Shown piece after piece: positions 19,219 through 29,902 of a DNA stretch of 64,000 nt. This stretch comes from Candidatus Iainarchaeum sp. Its GTDB lineage: Archaea > Iainarchaeota > Iainarchaeia > Iainarchaeales > UBA10219. The translations under genes were made by a program, and so were the position numbers. The stretch is from the NCBI GenBank assembly GCA_018304425.1, contig JAGVWE010000002.1, positions 224,001 to 288,000 of the forward strand, written 5' to 3'. Each line of letters begins with the position of its first letter. Position 1 is the stretch's first letter. The notes under the pieces are model-generated. The model ran no database searches, was not told the origin of the DNA, and saw only the letters and a program-made list of their open reading frames with translations.

Positions 19219-22200
19219 ATGAGCGAGCCCACCAGGAAACAGATTCAGCTCATTGTCCAGGAGCCCGACCCCAGCCACGTGGGCCGGAACATCGTGACCC
19301 TGGACCGGAAGGCCAAGGAAGAGCTGGGCGTTACTTCCGGGGACATCGTGGAAATAGAGGGCTCCAAGAAGACGGCTGCCGTCATCTGGCCGGCGAGGCA
19401 GGAAGACGAGGGAAAGGGAGTCGTCCGCATGGACAACCTCATCAGGCACAACGCGGGCATCGGCTTGGGGGAAAAGGTGCTGGTGCGGAAAGGCGCCTAC
19501 CAGGAAGCCAAGAAGGTCGTGCTCGCGCCCACCCAGGAAATCCGGATCGTGGCTTCCGGGTATGACCGCATCCTCAAAAAGAACTTCATTGGGAGGCCGT
19601 TGACGAAGGGGGACAACGTGTGGATTTCGGTGTTCGGCTCGGGCTTCGTTTACAGCGTCGTGGACACGAACCCCAAGGGAGTCGTCAAGGTAACGGATTT
19701 CACGAAATTCATCCTCAAAGAGGAACCGGTCAAGGAAGCCCATGAAGGCGTGCCCAGGGTTGCCTATGAGGACATCGGCGGCCTCGAAGAACAGGTGCAG
19801 AAAGTGAGGGAAATGATTGAGTTGCCCATGCGGCACCCCGAACTGTTCCGGAGACTGGGCATTTCGCCGCCCAAGGGCGTGCTGTTGCACGGTCCTCCTG
19901 GAACCGGCAAGACCATGATGGCGAAAGCCGTGGCCAACGAGACCAACGCGCACTTCATCGCGATTAACGCGCCCGCGCTCATGTGTGTCGGTGCGGAGAC
20001 CAGGATTTTGACCAACCCGGAAGGCGAAAAGACGGCGGAATCCCTGTTTGAAGAGGGGTTGAGGCAGGGCACCCTCGTCAACGATGGCGCCCTTAAGATA
20101 GTCGAATTGAAGGAACCCCTGCACGTCTTCGGGCTGAACAAGGACCTGAAGATCCAAAAGGGAGGCATTACCCACATCACCAAGTTAAGGGCAAGGACAG
20201 TGCGGCTGAAGACGAATCTTGGAGATGAAGCAGTGGTTTCGTCCAACCAGCCCTTTGCAACGTTGGATGCGTTTGGAAACCTTGCATGGAAAACGGCGGG
20301 CGAGCTGAAAAAAGGCGATTTCGTGGCCGTGGCAAAGAACCTCCCGGAACCAAGCCCCTGTCAGTTTGAGGTATTCAAATTGTGCAAACCCACGCAACGA
20401 GTCAATGCCTGCACAAGCAACGATGGGAAACGAAAGCCCCGCAAAAAAGCCTTTTCCAAAGCGGTTTCCGCCGGCGACTACATCCAGTTGTCTGATTCCA
20501 TGAACAGAAGGAACCGCGCCTTCGTGAGAATCCCCCTGGAACCCTCGGATGAGCTGGCGCATTTGCTGGGTTTGATGTATTCTGAGGGCTATCTCTCGAA
20601 GGACGGGTTGGTTTTCACCAACCATGACCCAATCCTGAACCGGCAATTCAGCGAGTTGTGTGAAAAGGTGTTCGGGATCCTGGCCACCATAAAGAGGACG
20701 AAGGCCGTCTGCTATTCCACCACGGCCAGGCTGTTCCTGGAGAAGGTGCTGGGCTTTCCGGTCGGCAAGAAAGGGAACTACTCCCTGCCACATTGGTATT
20801 TCAAGCTCTCAAAGGCGCAAACGGCACGCTTCCTGCAGGGATTCTGGGAAGGCGATGGAACAGTTGGAAAAGCCAAGGGCGGCTATCCAACCGTCCGGTT
20901 CTACGCAAAAGGGAAGAGGATTCTTTCGGACCTGTCGGTTTTGAGCAAGCGCCTGGGCTGGGTGTGCCGCCTGACGCCCTGGAAGACGCCCCTGGGCCTG
21001 ATGCAGGCGTTGGTCCTGATGGGGACGCGTTCGCGGGAGCTGTTCGCGGAACAGATTGCTTCCCGCACGAAAAAGTTCGGGCGGCTGAGGAAATGGCAGG
21101 CAAGCCGCACCAAACAAGGGGACAATCTGGGTGTTCCGGACATCAGCCCCCTGCTCAAACGGCTCAAGAGGGAAGCAGGACTCGTGTACGGGAAAAACCT
21201 GCCGGAGGGGCCGACTGAGCGGTATATTTCCGGCCGCGACCCCTTGACCCAGCGGAAGCTCGAGGAAATAAACGCCTTGTTCGGCGGGCACCCCGCGCTC
21301 GAGCGCCTCATCAAGGCGGAAGTCGCATGGTCGAAGATAACCGCGCTCAAGGCGGAAGGGGAAAGAGACCTCTTCGATTTCACGGTGGAGCCGTTCAACA
21401 ATTTTTTGGCGGGCCACAGCCTGCTGGTCATGCACAACTCCAAGTTTGTCGGCGAAGCCGAGGAACGAATCCGGCAGGTGTTCAAGGAGGCGGACGAGAA
21501 CGCGCCCAGCATCGTCTTCTTCGACGAGATTGACGCGATTGCCCCCAAGCGGGATGAAGTGGTCGGGGAAGTCGAGCGAAGGGTGGTTGCTCAACTGCTC
21601 GCCGCCATGGACGGCATGGAGGCCCGAGGCAACGTCATCGTCATTGCGGCCACGAACCGCGTGAACTCGATTGACGAGGCCCTGCGCAGGCCAGGAAGGT
21701 TTGACCGCGAAATCGAGATAGGCGTTCCGACCAAGGAGGGAAGGCGAGAGATTTTCACGATTCATTCCAGGGGCATGCCGTTGTCCAAGGACGTTGAACT
21801 GGATTACTTTGCCTCCATCACGCACGGCTTTGTGGGCGCGGACCTGGCCGCGCTGGCCAAGGAAGCCGCCATGAAGGCCCTGAGAAGGTATTTGCCCAAG
21901 ATCAACCTGGAAGAGGAAACCATTCCAGCGGAAGTCCTGGAAACCCTTGAAGTGACCAAAAAGGACTTCATGAACGCCTTGAAGGACGTGCAGCCCAGCG
22001 CGTTGCGGGAGGTAACCGTGGAAATCCCGAACGTGCGCTGGACGCAGATCGGCGGCTTGGAGGAAACCAAGGAAGAAATCAAGCAAGCCATTGAGTGGCC
22101 GCTGAAGTACCCGGATGCATTCAAGAAGATGGGCATCAAGCCCCCGAAGGGAATCCTCCTGTACGGGCCGCCGGGATGCGGGAAGACGCTGCTGGCGAAA

Positions 22201-22857
22201 GCGGCTGCCACCGAATCGGAGGCCAACTTCATCCCCATCAAGGGCCCCGAGCTGTTCAGCAAGTGGGTGGGCGAGAGTTCGAAGGGCATCCGGAAGGTGT
22301 TCCAGCGCGCGCGGCAGGTTAGCCCCTGCATCATTTTCTTCGACGAGTTCGACTCGGTGGCGACCCGGCGGGGCCACGGGGATGATTCGGGCGTCAGCGA
22401 GCGCGTGGTCAACCAGTTGCTGACCGAACTCGACGGGGTAGTTGAGTTGAAGGACGTGGTGTTCGTGGCCGCGACGAACCGGCCGGACCTGATTGACCCG
22501 GGAGTCATGCGACCGGGGAGGATTGACAAGGTCATCAAGGTGCCCGCACCCGACGAGAAGTCGAGGCTGCAGGTGTTCAAGGTGCACACCAAGAACGTGC
22601 CGATGGCAAAGGACGTGGACTTGAACGCACTGGCGAAGCAAACGGTTGGCTATAGCGGGGCTGACCTGGAGGGAGTGATAAGGGAAGCCGCCTTGATCAG
22701 CTTGAAGGAAAGCGACATGAAGCCGGGCGTGGTTACCTGGAAGCACTTCGAACTCGCCTTGAAGAAGATTCCGCCCAGCCTGCCAGAGGAAATCACGAAG
22801 GCCTATGATGCTTTCAGGGTGCAGCAGGCGGACTTCAAGCCCAGCTACATCGAGTGA
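19219..22857 (+). CDS. cdc48: CDC48/VCP AAA+ ATPase with intein
   Basis: N-domain followed by two AAA modules ([32 protein letters not shown]). Confidence 0.95.
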   Translation: MSEPTRKQIQLIVQEPDPSHVGRNIVTLDRKAKEELGVTSGDIVEIEGSKKTAAVIWPARQEDEGKGVVRMDNLIRHNAGIGLGEKVLVRKGAYQEAKKVVLAPTQEIRIVASGYDRILKKNFIGRPLTKGDNVWISVFGSGFVYSVVDTNPKGVVKVTDFTKFILKEEPVKEAHEGVPRVAYEDIGGLEEQVQKVREMIELPMRHPELFRRLGISPPKGVLLHGPPGTGKTMMAKAVANETNAHFIAINAPALMCVGAETRILTNPEGEKTAESLFEEGLRQGTLVNDGALKIVELKEPLHVFGLNKDLKIQKGGITHITKLRARTVRLKTNLGDEAVVSSNQPFATLDAFGNLAWKTAGELKKGDFVAVAKNLPEPSPCQFEVFKLCKPTQRVNACTSNDGKRKPRKKAFSKAVSAGDYIQLSDSMNRRNRAFVRIPLEPSDELAHLLGLMYSEGYLSKDGLVFTNHDPILNRQFSELCEKVFGILATIKRTKAVCYSTTARLFLEKVLGFPVGKKGNYSLPHWYFKLSKAQTARFLQGFWEGDGTVGKAKGGYPTVRFYAKGKRILSDLSVLSKRLGWVCRLTPWKTPLGLMQALVLMGTRSRELFAEQIASRTKKFGRLRKWQASRTKQGDNLGVPDISPLLKRLKREAGLVYGKNLPEGPTERYISGRDPLTQRKLEEINALFGGHPALERLIKAEVAWSKITALKAEGERDLFDFTVEPFNNFLAGHSLLVMHNSKFVGEAEERIRQVFKEADENAPSIVFFDEIDAIAPKRDEVVGEVERRVVAQLLAAMDGMEARGNVIVIAATNRVNSIDEALRRPGRFDREIEIGVPTKEGRREIFTIHSRGMPLSKDVELDYFASITHGFVGADLAALAKEAAMKALRRYLPKINLEEETIPAEVLETLEVTKKDFMNALKDVQPSALREVTVEIPNVRWTQIGGLEETKEEIKQAIEWPLKYPDAFKKMGIKPPKGILLYGPPGCGKTLLAKAAATESEANFIPIKGPELFSKWVGESSKGIRKVFQRARQVSPCIIFFDEFDSVATRRGHGDDSGVSERVVNQLLTELDGVVELKDVVFVAATNRPDLIDPGVMRPGRIDKVIKVPAPDEKSRLQVFKVHTKNVPMAKDVDLNALAKQTVGYSGADLEGVIREAALISLKESDMKPGVVTWKHFELALKKIPPSLPEEITKAYDAFRVQQADFKPSYIE
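19984..21438 (+). mobile_element. Intein (485 aa) with LAGLIDADG homing endonuclease in cdc48 D1
   Basis: APALM|CVGAET...LLGLMYSEG...[10 protein letters not shown]...LFDFTV...VMHN|SKFVGE. Removing it restores [10 protein letters not shown]. Confidence 0.92.
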
Positions 22858-22876
22858 CGGATTTTTTTGGGTTGGC

Positions 22877-23467
22877 TTAGAAGAAGCCGAGGCCCACGGC
22901 TTTTGAGCCCAGGATGGTGCCGAAGAAGGCGAGGCCCCACACCAACGGATTCCAGGTGAAGACCTTGGAGCCGTCCAGGGGAAAAATGGGGATGAGGTTG
23001 AAGGTGGCGAGGCCGAAGTTGATGCTCGCGCCATAGGCTGTGATGAGGCCCAGTAACTCAGGGGGGTGGAAGAATAGGTAGGCGAGCGTGAACAGGCAGC
23101 CCAACACAATGTTGGTCAGGGGCCCGGCCAGGGAGATGAAGCCGTTTTGCTTGCGGGAAAGGTTGTCGGAAAAGATGTAGACCGCGCCGGGTGCCGCGAA
23201 GACGACACCGAAAACCGCGGCCATGACGACGGCGAGGACGAGGCCGGACTGCCACATGCGGTACTCGGCGTGCGCGCCGAAGCGGATGGCGACATACTTG
23301 TGCGCGAGTTCGTGGAAGATGAAGCCCGTGCCGGTGGCGACCAAGACGATGGGCATGAGCCGGAAGAAGTCGCCGAACTGGAAGATGCCGCCGCCAAAGG
23401 CCCAGGCAAAGGCCACGCTGATGGTGAGCCAGCTGATGAGGATTTCGTTGCGTTCGCGGTCTTCCAT
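22877..23467 (-). CDS. Site-2 (M50) membrane metalloprotease
   Basis: HELAH, LAGP and NLIPIFPLDG motifs. Confidence 0.92.
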   Translation of the reverse strand: MEDRERNEILISWLTISVAFAWAFGGGIFQFGDFFRLMPIVLVATGTGFIFHELAHKYVAIRFGAHAEYRMWQSGLVLAVVMAAVFGVVFAAPGAVYIFSDNLSRKQNGFISLAGPLTNIVLGCLFTLAYLFFHPPELLGLITAYGASINFGLATFNLIPIFPLDGSKVFTWNPLVWGLAFFGTILGSKAVGLGFF

Positions 23468-23558
23468 GGTTCTCCAAGGAGTGTAAGGGGAAAAAAGATA
23501 TAAATAGATAATTTCGTTAATCGACGAATATTTAAGGGGTTCGTTTCATGGGCTTATA

Positions 23559-23921
23559 ATGGAGTTAAGCGACCAGCTGATTGGGTTCGCGGCGGCAGGG
23601 TGCGCGGTGATAGGGCTGGGCCTGCTCTTCTACGGGTTGCAGGCCGCTGAACCCCTCCCCCTACGAATTGCGGAAATCGATGAAACGCTGGCCGGAAAAA
23701 AAGTGGCGCTCCAGGGAACCGTGGAGTGGACGCGGCAAGCCAAGACTGCGTTGCTCGCGGGGTTGAAGGACGGAGAGGAAATCACGGTGGTTGCCTTCAA
23801 GCCCGGTGAAGGGGAACTGCGCCTGCTCCGGAAAGGCGGCACCGTGAAAGTGATTGGCCGAATCCAGGAATACCGCGGCGAACTCGAAGTAGTCATCGAA
23901 CGCGTTGAAGCACTTGACTGA
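23559..23921 (+). CDS. Membrane-anchored OB-fold protein
   Basis: N-terminal TM; VKVIGRIQEYRGELEV OB-fold strand pattern. Confidence 0.75.
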   Translation: MELSDQLIGFAAAGCAVIGLGLLFYGLQAAEPLPLRIAEIDETLAGKKVALQGTVEWTRQAKTALLAGLKDGEEITVVAFKPGEGELRLLRKGGTVKVIGRIQEYRGELEVVIERVEALD

Positions 23922-25116
23922 AGAACTGCTCTGGCTGATACTGGGCTGGCTGCTCGGAGTAGTTGCGGGACTGCTTCCCGGCATCCACGCGAACACGATT
24001 TCCTTTCTGCTGCTCGGCTTCGCCGCCAACACGGGTCAACCCGACAAATGGGCCTATGTCGTCGTGGGCATGAACATCGTGCAGGCCTTCGTGGACTTCA
24101 TCCCCAACATCTTCCTGGGACTGCCGGACAGCGAAGCCTTTGCCTCCCTCCTCCCGGGGCACCGGTTTCTCGCAAAGGGCAAGGGCTTGTACGCGGTGAG
24201 GCTGGGCATTATCGGCGCGCTGAGTGGAAGCCTCCTCGCAGCCCTGCTGTTCCCCTTGTTCGCTGGTTTCCTTGCGAAAGCCCTTGACTTCGTGGAAGCC
24301 ATCATCCCCTTGGCGCTTGGACTCGTGCTGGTATCCCTGGTGGCAGGGGAAAGGGATTGGAAGAAACGAGGACAGGCCGTGGCCGTGATTGCCTTGGCCG
24401 GCGGGTTCGGGTTACTGACACTGCCCTCCAGCGCGTTCGCGGACCCCTTGTTTCCCGCCATCACCGGGTTATTCGGGGTGGCAGGGCTCCTGAACGGCTT
24501 GCGAGGGGAAAACCGGGTGCCCGAACAACTTGACGGCATAAGCCCCCTCAAGCCCAAAAACCTCTTGGAGGGCGGCGTGCTCGGCTCCCTCGCGGCAGGC
24601 ATCGTTGCCCTGTTGCCGGCCATCGGACCCGGAGAAGCCTCCTACCTGCTCATGAAGTTGTTCAAGAAAACGAGTGCCAGCCTCTACTTGATCATCGTCG
24701 GCTGCATCAACGCCGCGAACCTCTTGTTCAGCTTCCTCTTCCTCTACTTGCTGGGGAAGACGAGGACCGGCGCCGCAGCCGCCCTGGAAAGGCTTGGCCT
24801 GCTGGACGCGCCCACCCTGGTTGCCGTCACGGGCGCAAGCCTGGTGAGCGCGGCGGCGGGTGCCTGGCTGTGCCTGTGGCTGGCCAAGGCAGCCGCCAAA
24901 AAAATAAGCCAAGTCAACTACCGGTCGCTGAACGCGGGCGTGATTTGCTTCCTGGGAGCCATTGTTTTTCTCCTGCAAGGCCTGCCCGGCCTGCTGGTGC
25001 TCGTCGTAGGCACCGCGATCGGGCTGGTCCCGCTGGCGTTCGGGGTGCGGCGCGCGCACGCCATGAGCTACTTGATGGTGCCCACGCTGGCCTACTACCT
25101 TGGCTTCCCAGGATAA
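23905..25116 (+). CDS. TctA-like (DUF112) membrane protein
   Basis: GLLPGIHAN, DFIPNIFLGLPD, LLPGH and GKTRTG motifs; many TM segments. Confidence 0.85.
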   Translation: MKHLTEELLWLILGWLLGVVAGLLPGIHANTISFLLLGFAANTGQPDKWAYVVVGMNIVQAFVDFIPNIFLGLPDSEAFASLLPGHRFLAKGKGLYAVRLGIIGALSGSLLAALLFPLFAGFLAKALDFVEAIIPLALGLVLVSLVAGERDWKKRGQAVAVIALAGGFGLLTLPSSAFADPLFPAITGLFGVAGLLNGLRGENRVPEQLDGISPLKPKNLLEGGVLGSLAAGIVALLPAIGPGEASYLLMKLFKKTSASLYLIIVGCINAANLLFSFLFLYLLGKTRTGAAAALERLGLLDAPTLVAVTGASLVSAAAGAWLCLWLAKAAAKKISQVNYRSLNAGVICFLGAIVFLLQGLPGLLVLVVGTAIGLVPLAFGVRRAHAMSYLMVPTLAYYLGFPG

Positions 25117-25147
25117 GCATTTATGCGCGTGCGTGCAAATAGGGTGC

Positions 25148-25513
25148 ATGTGGAAGATAAAACTGGCCACCCTTGAATCCATCCTCTTGGCGGCGCGGAA
25201 CACGTACCCAAATGAATTCATGAGCCTCCTAGGCGGAAGCAGGCAAGCGAAAAACATTGACGAATTGGTCGTCGTTCCGGCGGTGTTCGGGGAAACCTTT
25301 ACCCTCGTGCAGACGCATTTGATTCCCTTCGACCAACGCATCGTGGGCTCGGTGCACTCCCATCCCTCCGGACGGGCATCGCCTTCGGCAGAGGACTTGA
25401 ACGCGTTCAGCGCCTTTGGAGACATCCACTTGATTGTCGGGGAACCCTTTGCCTTGGACTCCGTCCGGGCCTACACCGTGGCCGGAAAGGCCGTGCGCTT
25501 GCAAGTCGTTTGA
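25148..25513 (+). CDS. JAB1/MPN (JAMM) metalloprotease
   Basis: YPNE and HSHP...PS..D JAMM motif. Confidence 0.9.
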   Translation: MWKIKLATLESILLAARNTYPNEFMSLLGGSRQAKNIDELVVVPAVFGETFTLVQTHLIPFDQRIVGSVHSHPSGRASPSAEDLNAFSAFGDIHLIVGEPFALDSVRAYTVAGKAVRLQVV

Positions 25514-25553
25514 GCCCTCAAGCCATTTAAAGAGATGCGGGAATAATTCTCAC

Positions 25554-26780
25554 ATGAACGCTTCCAAGGCATTGCTGGTTTCCCTGGACGGGTTGGGGGA
25601 TAGGCTCATCCCTGAATTGAAGGGAAAAACGCCGCTGGAGGCCGCCAAAAAACCGAACCTGGACCGGCTCGCGCGCGAGGGCATCACGGGCTTGATGAAC
25701 ACGGTCGCGGTCGGGGTGCGACCGGGCTCTGACACCAGCCACTTGTGCATGCTTGGCTATGACCCCAAAGAATATTACACGGGCCGCGGGCCCATCGAGG
25801 CAGCAGGGGTTGGAATTTTCACCCAGGCCGGGGACGTCGCCTTGCGCGGCAACTTCGGAACCGTCGACGAAAAGTGGATAATCAAAGACCGGCGGGCGGG
25901 ACGGATTTTGGACGTCAGTGAACTGTGCAAGGCCCTGGACGGGCTTGAAATCAACGGGGTTACGTTCAATGTCAAGGCCGGAACCGGACACCGCGCCGCG
26001 GTGGTGATGCGGGGCAAGGGTTTGAGCAGCCAGGTCTCAGAGGCAGACCCCCATGTGGCGGACGCGAAGGTGGCTGCCGTGAAGGCCTTGGATGGGAGTA
26101 GGGAAGCCGCGTTCACGGCCCAGGTACTGAACGCGTTCATGGAGAAAAGCCACGCGGTGTTGAAAGCACACCCGCTGAACCTCGAGCGCGTGAAGGGCAG
26201 AAAATTGCCGGCCAACTTTTTGCTGTTGCGGGGCGCGGGCATGGTGCCCAGGCTGCCCAGCTTCCAGGAGAAATGGGGCTTGAAGGGGGCTGGCATCGCG
26301 GGCGGGGGCCTGTACAAGGGGATTATTCGCTTGCTGGACATGGAATTGATTGCGGTGAAGGGAGCCACCGGGTTGCCGGATACCGATGTCAAGGCCAAGT
26401 TCGCGGCCGCGCGCGAGGCGCTGAAAACCCATGACTTCGTGTTCGTGCACGTGAAAGCAACGGATATCTTCGGCGAGGACGGGAACTGGAAGGCCAAAAA
26501 GGAGTTCATCGAAAAGGTGGACAAGGGCTTGGCCGAGGTCATGGGCTTGAAGGAGGTTTTCATCGCGATAACTGCTGACCACTCGACGGCCTGCTGTTTC
26601 AAGGCGCACACCGCGGACCCGGTGCCGCTCGTGATAAGAGGAAACGGGGTGCGCGTGGACGACGTGAAAAGCTATGGGGAACGCGCGTGCGCCAAGGGCG
26701 GCCTCGGCAGGATAACGGGATTGCAGTTGCTGCCCCTCCTGGTCGACTTGATGGGAAGGGCACGGCTTTACGGGGCATAA
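25554..26780 (+). CDS. apgM: 2,3-bisphosphoglycerate-independent phosphoglycerate mutase
   Basis: DGLGD, TPLEAA, PGSDTSH, GRGPIEA, DRRAGRI and TADHST motifs. Confidence 0.92.
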   Translation: MNASKALLVSLDGLGDRLIPELKGKTPLEAAKKPNLDRLAREGITGLMNTVAVGVRPGSDTSHLCMLGYDPKEYYTGRGPIEAAGVGIFTQAGDVALRGNFGTVDEKWIIKDRRAGRILDVSELCKALDGLEINGVTFNVKAGTGHRAAVVMRGKGLSSQVSEADPHVADAKVAAVKALDGSREAAFTAQVLNAFMEKSHAVLKAHPLNLERVKGRKLPANFLLLRGAGMVPRLPSFQEKWGLKGAGIAGGGLYKGIIRLLDMELIAVKGATGLPDTDVKAKFAAAREALKTHDFVFVHVKATDIFGEDGNWKAKKEFIEKVDKGLAEVMGLKEVFIAITADHSTACCFKAHTADPVPLVIRGNGVRVDDVKSYGERACAKGGLGRITGLQLLPLLVDLMGRARLYGA

Positions 26781-26819
26781 GCCGATTAGCCTTTTAATCC
26801 CTTCAACGCTTTATTGGGC

Positions 26820-27209
26820 ATGCGTGGCCAGATTAGTTTGGACCTGGTTTTGACGGTGCTCGTGTTGGGCGCGTTCCTACAGATTCTCATGGGGCTGGGT
26901 GCTGATTTGGTGCAGGGACAGGCCAGCGCTTCCCTAAACCACCAGGCGCGGGCCTTGCTGGGGGACGTGGAAGGCCGACTAATGGCCGGGCAAGGGGTTG
27001 GTCCGAGCCTCTCCCTGGAAGGAACGCTGCCCAGGCTCCGCGACCCGGAAACGGGAAAGGAACTGGCCTGCGAAGTCAAGGCCAAGGGAACCCGGCTAGA
27101 GTTGTGGGCGGAAGGAAAAACACGGGCAGAGCAAACGCTGGCCCTGCCAGTCGAAGAAGGCGCATGGAAGTGCGGCGAAAAAATGGGGCTGGGTGCGGGA
27201 AATGCGTGA
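26820..27209 (+). CDS. Class III signal peptide (pilin-like) protein
   Basis: MRG|QISLD followed by a hydrophobic helix. Confidence 0.75.
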   Translation: MRGQISLDLVLTVLVLGAFLQILMGLGADLVQGQASASLNHQARALLGDVEGRLMAGQGVGPSLSLEGTLPRLRDPETGKELACEVKAKGTRLELWAEGKTRAEQTLALPVEEGAWKCGEKMGLGAGNA

Positions 27210-27687
27210 ACGGGGGCAGATTTTTTCCGTGGACTTCATGATATCGGTTTCCGTGGTGGTGCTGGCCCTGGCCGTCCTCGTGCAAGCCATTGAGTTAAGC
27301 AACCACGCGGGCCAGGATGCCTTCAACCAAGGCGAGTTATACGGGAAAGCCGTGCAGGCCACGCAGTTGCTGGTGAGCAATGAGGCCTGGACCTGCCGGT
27401 TGGGACTGGGCGCAGCGGGAATGGGGTTGGACAATTGCCTGGATGCGGGAAAGGCCGTGGACAAGCAGGGGCTCGGGTTGGGCGAAGAGTTCGGGTGCCA
27501 AGCGGTTGGTGTGAAGGTAGCAGGGTGCGACGAGGAGCCGGGAAAAGCAGGCAACGTCGTTGGATTGAAGCGCGTCGTGGTGATGGGCTCGGGTCTGGGC
27601 TTGGAAGAATTCCGGGCCTGCCGGACGGGAAGGGCGTGCAGCTTGTCCGCGCCCAAGGAAGTCGAGTTACGGGTGTGGCGGAAATGA
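27202..27687 (+). CDS. Class III signal peptide (pilin-like) protein
   Basis: RERG|QIFSVD followed by a hydrophobic helix. Confidence 0.75.
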   Translation: MRERGQIFSVDFMISVSVVVLALAVLVQAIELSNHAGQDAFNQGELYGKAVQATQLLVSNEAWTCRLGLGAAGMGLDNCLDAGKAVDKQGLGLGEEFGCQAVGVKVAGCDEEPGKAGNVVGLKRVVVMGSGLGLEEFRACRTGRACSLSAPKEVELRVWRK

Positions 27688-27965
27688 GGCGGGGATTTAT
27701 TTTCACGGTGGACGCGGTGTATGCCCTAGTGCTGGCACTCCTACTGGTTAACATCTACATAATTAACTCGGCGGCGACCCCTCCCGCCAAGACCGGCATA
27801 GACCACGAGTTATTGGCCAAAGACAAGGCTTTGACGGCGTTTTACCGGGGGGCCGAATTGGGGGGAATGCGGGAGGGGCTGGCTGGGGACTATTATTGTT
27901 ACCCGGTGGTGCGGGAAAAAACTGGGAAGCGGGTAGCCGAAAAACAATGTGAGGGTCGTCCATGA
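27684..27965 (+). CDS. Class III signal peptide (pilin-like) protein
   Basis: MRRG|FIFTVD followed by a hydrophobic helix; ATGA overlap with the previous gene. Confidence 0.75.
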   Translation: MRRGFIFTVDAVYALVLALLLVNIYIINSAATPPAKTGIDHELLAKDKALTAFYRGAELGGMREGLAGDYYCYPVVREKTGKRVAEKQCEGRP

Positions 27966-28354
27966 ACGAGCGCGGCGCCTATAGTGCGGTCATGGCCGTG
28001 CTGGCCGTGGCCTTGCTGGGCCTCACCCTGTTGTCGGTGAAGGTGGAAAGCGAGCAGGCAGCGAACCTGGGTGTGGCGTATGACGCACGCCCGGTGTGGG
28101 TGAATGCCTTGGCGTTGGCGCAGGACAAAATCCAGCAAAGCGCGTGCGCTGATGGGGGAAGAACGAGCCTGGAACCGGAATTCGGGTTGCTCGAAGAGGA
28201 AACCGGTTTCCGGTGCACGAGCACGCCGGCGGAAATCACGGTAAAGGATGGGGTGGCAGCGTTTGAGTTGGCGTGCGAGAAAACGGCTGGCGAGTTAACG
28301 GCGCGGTATGCGCGAAGGGCCGAGCTTCTCGTAAGCGGTTGTCAGGCCCGGTAG
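27962..28354 (+). CDS. Class III signal peptide (pilin-like) protein
   Basis: NERG|AYSA followed by a hydrophobic helix; ATGA overlap. Confidence 0.6.
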   Translation: MNERGAYSAVMAVLAVALLGLTLLSVKVESEQAANLGVAYDARPVWVNALALAQDKIQQSACADGGRTSLEPEFGLLEEETGFRCTSTPAEITVKDGVAAFELACEKTAGELTARYARRAELLVSGCQAR

Positions 28355-29784
28355 AGGCGACCGACTTCCTTGCCAAGGCCCGAACCATACTGCAAGGCCT
28401 TCTTCGGCCGCTTCCACACGTACTCGGGCAAGCCAAACTCCCTGGCCAGCGCGCGCACGGGGTGCTTGCGGATGGAATCGGTTGAGTCCGCGATTTTCTC
28501 GGAAGCGGGAAAGGCCATGGCTTGTCGGAGGAACTCCGTGTCCAGGAAGGGCACGCGGAGCTCCAGGGAATGACGGGCAGTAAGCGCGTCATCGCGGTAG
28601 AGGTTCCGGTTCCAGAGGTTGGAGAGCGTGGCCCAGATTTCCTCTTCGACTGCGGGAAAACCGGACTTTGCCAGGATGTCCTTATAAGCCGAATAACCGG
28701 CGAATACCTCGTCGCTGCCTTGGCCGGAGAAGACCACTTTGCAGTTGGCTTGCCTGGCGGCTTCGGCTGCCAGGTAGGTGGGAACGCCGATTTGGAGTTG
28801 GAGTTCGTCGAAGAACATCAGGGCTTTGAGCGTGGCGAGTACATAGCCATTCAATTCCCGGGGCTGGACTTCGCGCACCACCAGGTCAAAGCCCTCGTCC
28901 CTGGCGAGGCGCCGCGCGAACCCAAGGTCTTCCGCGCCCTTCAAGCCCACCGTGAACAAGAGGGTCTGGTTCACGTGCTGGTTGACGGCCTTCGCAATCA
29001 ACGAGGAGTCAACGCCACCGGAAAAAAAGACGCCCGCCTTTTTCAGGGCACGCGTGCGCAGGGCAATGGAGTCGTCGAAGGAGGCGCGGAGCGCGGCAAG
29101 CGAGTGGGTGCCTGGGACGAGCCGGCGGAAATCGTCGAGGGTGAAAACCGGTTGCGAGGAAAAACCGTCCGGGGAAAACGAGAGCAGGTGCCCGGGAAGC
29201 AGCGGCTGTGGGAACGTGATGTCAAGCCGCTTGAGCGCGATGGGCTCGGAGGCCAGGGCGTGGAACTTCGCGTTGGAGCCGAACCACAGGGGCTTGACGC
29301 CGAGGCAGTCGCGGAAGGCGTGGAGCACGCCCTTGTACGTGAAGGCGACTGCGTAATCGCCGCGCGCGACCTGCATGAAGGAGCGCACGGCCTGGAGGGG
29401 GGACTGCGTGCGAAGGGCTTCTTCGAGGAAGTGGGCCAGGGTCTCCGAGTCCGAGGTGGAAAGGAACTGGTGGCGGGAGAGGCCCTGGTTGAGGGCCTCG
29501 AAGTTGTAGAGTTCCCCGTTGTGGGCCACGGACAAGCCGGAGTCACAGCCCTTAATGGGTTGGAAGCCGTGCCCGGTGATGCCCAGGCGGGAGTGGGCCA
29601 GGCCCAGGCAGCCTTCCAGGGAACGCGCTTGCAGGGGCTTCAACTGGCTGGCGGAAACGGTTTGCCCGTCCACGGATACCCCGAAGCCGTCGCGGCCGCG
29701 GTGGGCCGTGGCATACAACATGTCCACCAGGAAAGGGTGGACGTCCTGGCCTTGGCGCGAGCAAAGGCCCAAAACCGAGCACAT
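28342..29784 (-). CDS. asnB: Asparagine synthetase B-like glutamine amidotransferase
   Basis: N-terminal Cys (MCS), HRGRDG, HNGELYN, SGGVDSS, SGQGSDE and LRVPFLD. Confidence 0.88.
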   Translation of the reverse strand: MCSVLGLCSRQGQDVHPFLVDMLYATAHRGRDGFGVSVDGQTVSASQLKPLQARSLEGCLGLAHSRLGITGHGFQPIKGCDSGLSVAHNGELYNFEALNQGLSRHQFLSTSDSETLAHFLEEALRTQSPLQAVRSFMQVARGDYAVAFTYKGVLHAFRDCLGVKPLWFGSNAKFHALASEPIALKRLDITFPQPLLPGHLLSFSPDGFSSQPVFTLDDFRRLVPGTHSLAALRASFDDSIALRTRALKKAGVFFSGGVDSSLIAKAVNQHVNQTLLFTVGLKGAEDLGFARRLARDEGFDLVVREVQPRELNGYVLATLKALMFFDELQLQIGVPTYLAAEAARQANCKVVFSGQGSDEVFAGYSAYKDILAKSGFPAVEEEIWATLSNLWNRNLYRDDALTARHSLELRVPFLDTEFLRQAMAFPASEKIADSTDSIRKHPVRALAREFGLPEYVWKRPKKALQYGSGLGKEVGRLYRA

Positions 29785-29902
29785 AAGGGAGACTCCCCCT
29801 AAAGGGTTTTTAAACGGTTTCAGGGGGAATAGGTTAGGCGTTTCCCTAACCAAATGAAAAGGGATTAATTAGGCGGGGAGCGTAATAGGTGTGGTGATGT
29901 TC

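Noticed and set aside
22840-22857. CDC48 C-terminus SYIE deviates from the HbYX proteasome-docking motif
   Set aside because: It is a one-residue shift in a variable tail, too weak to interpret without an alignment.
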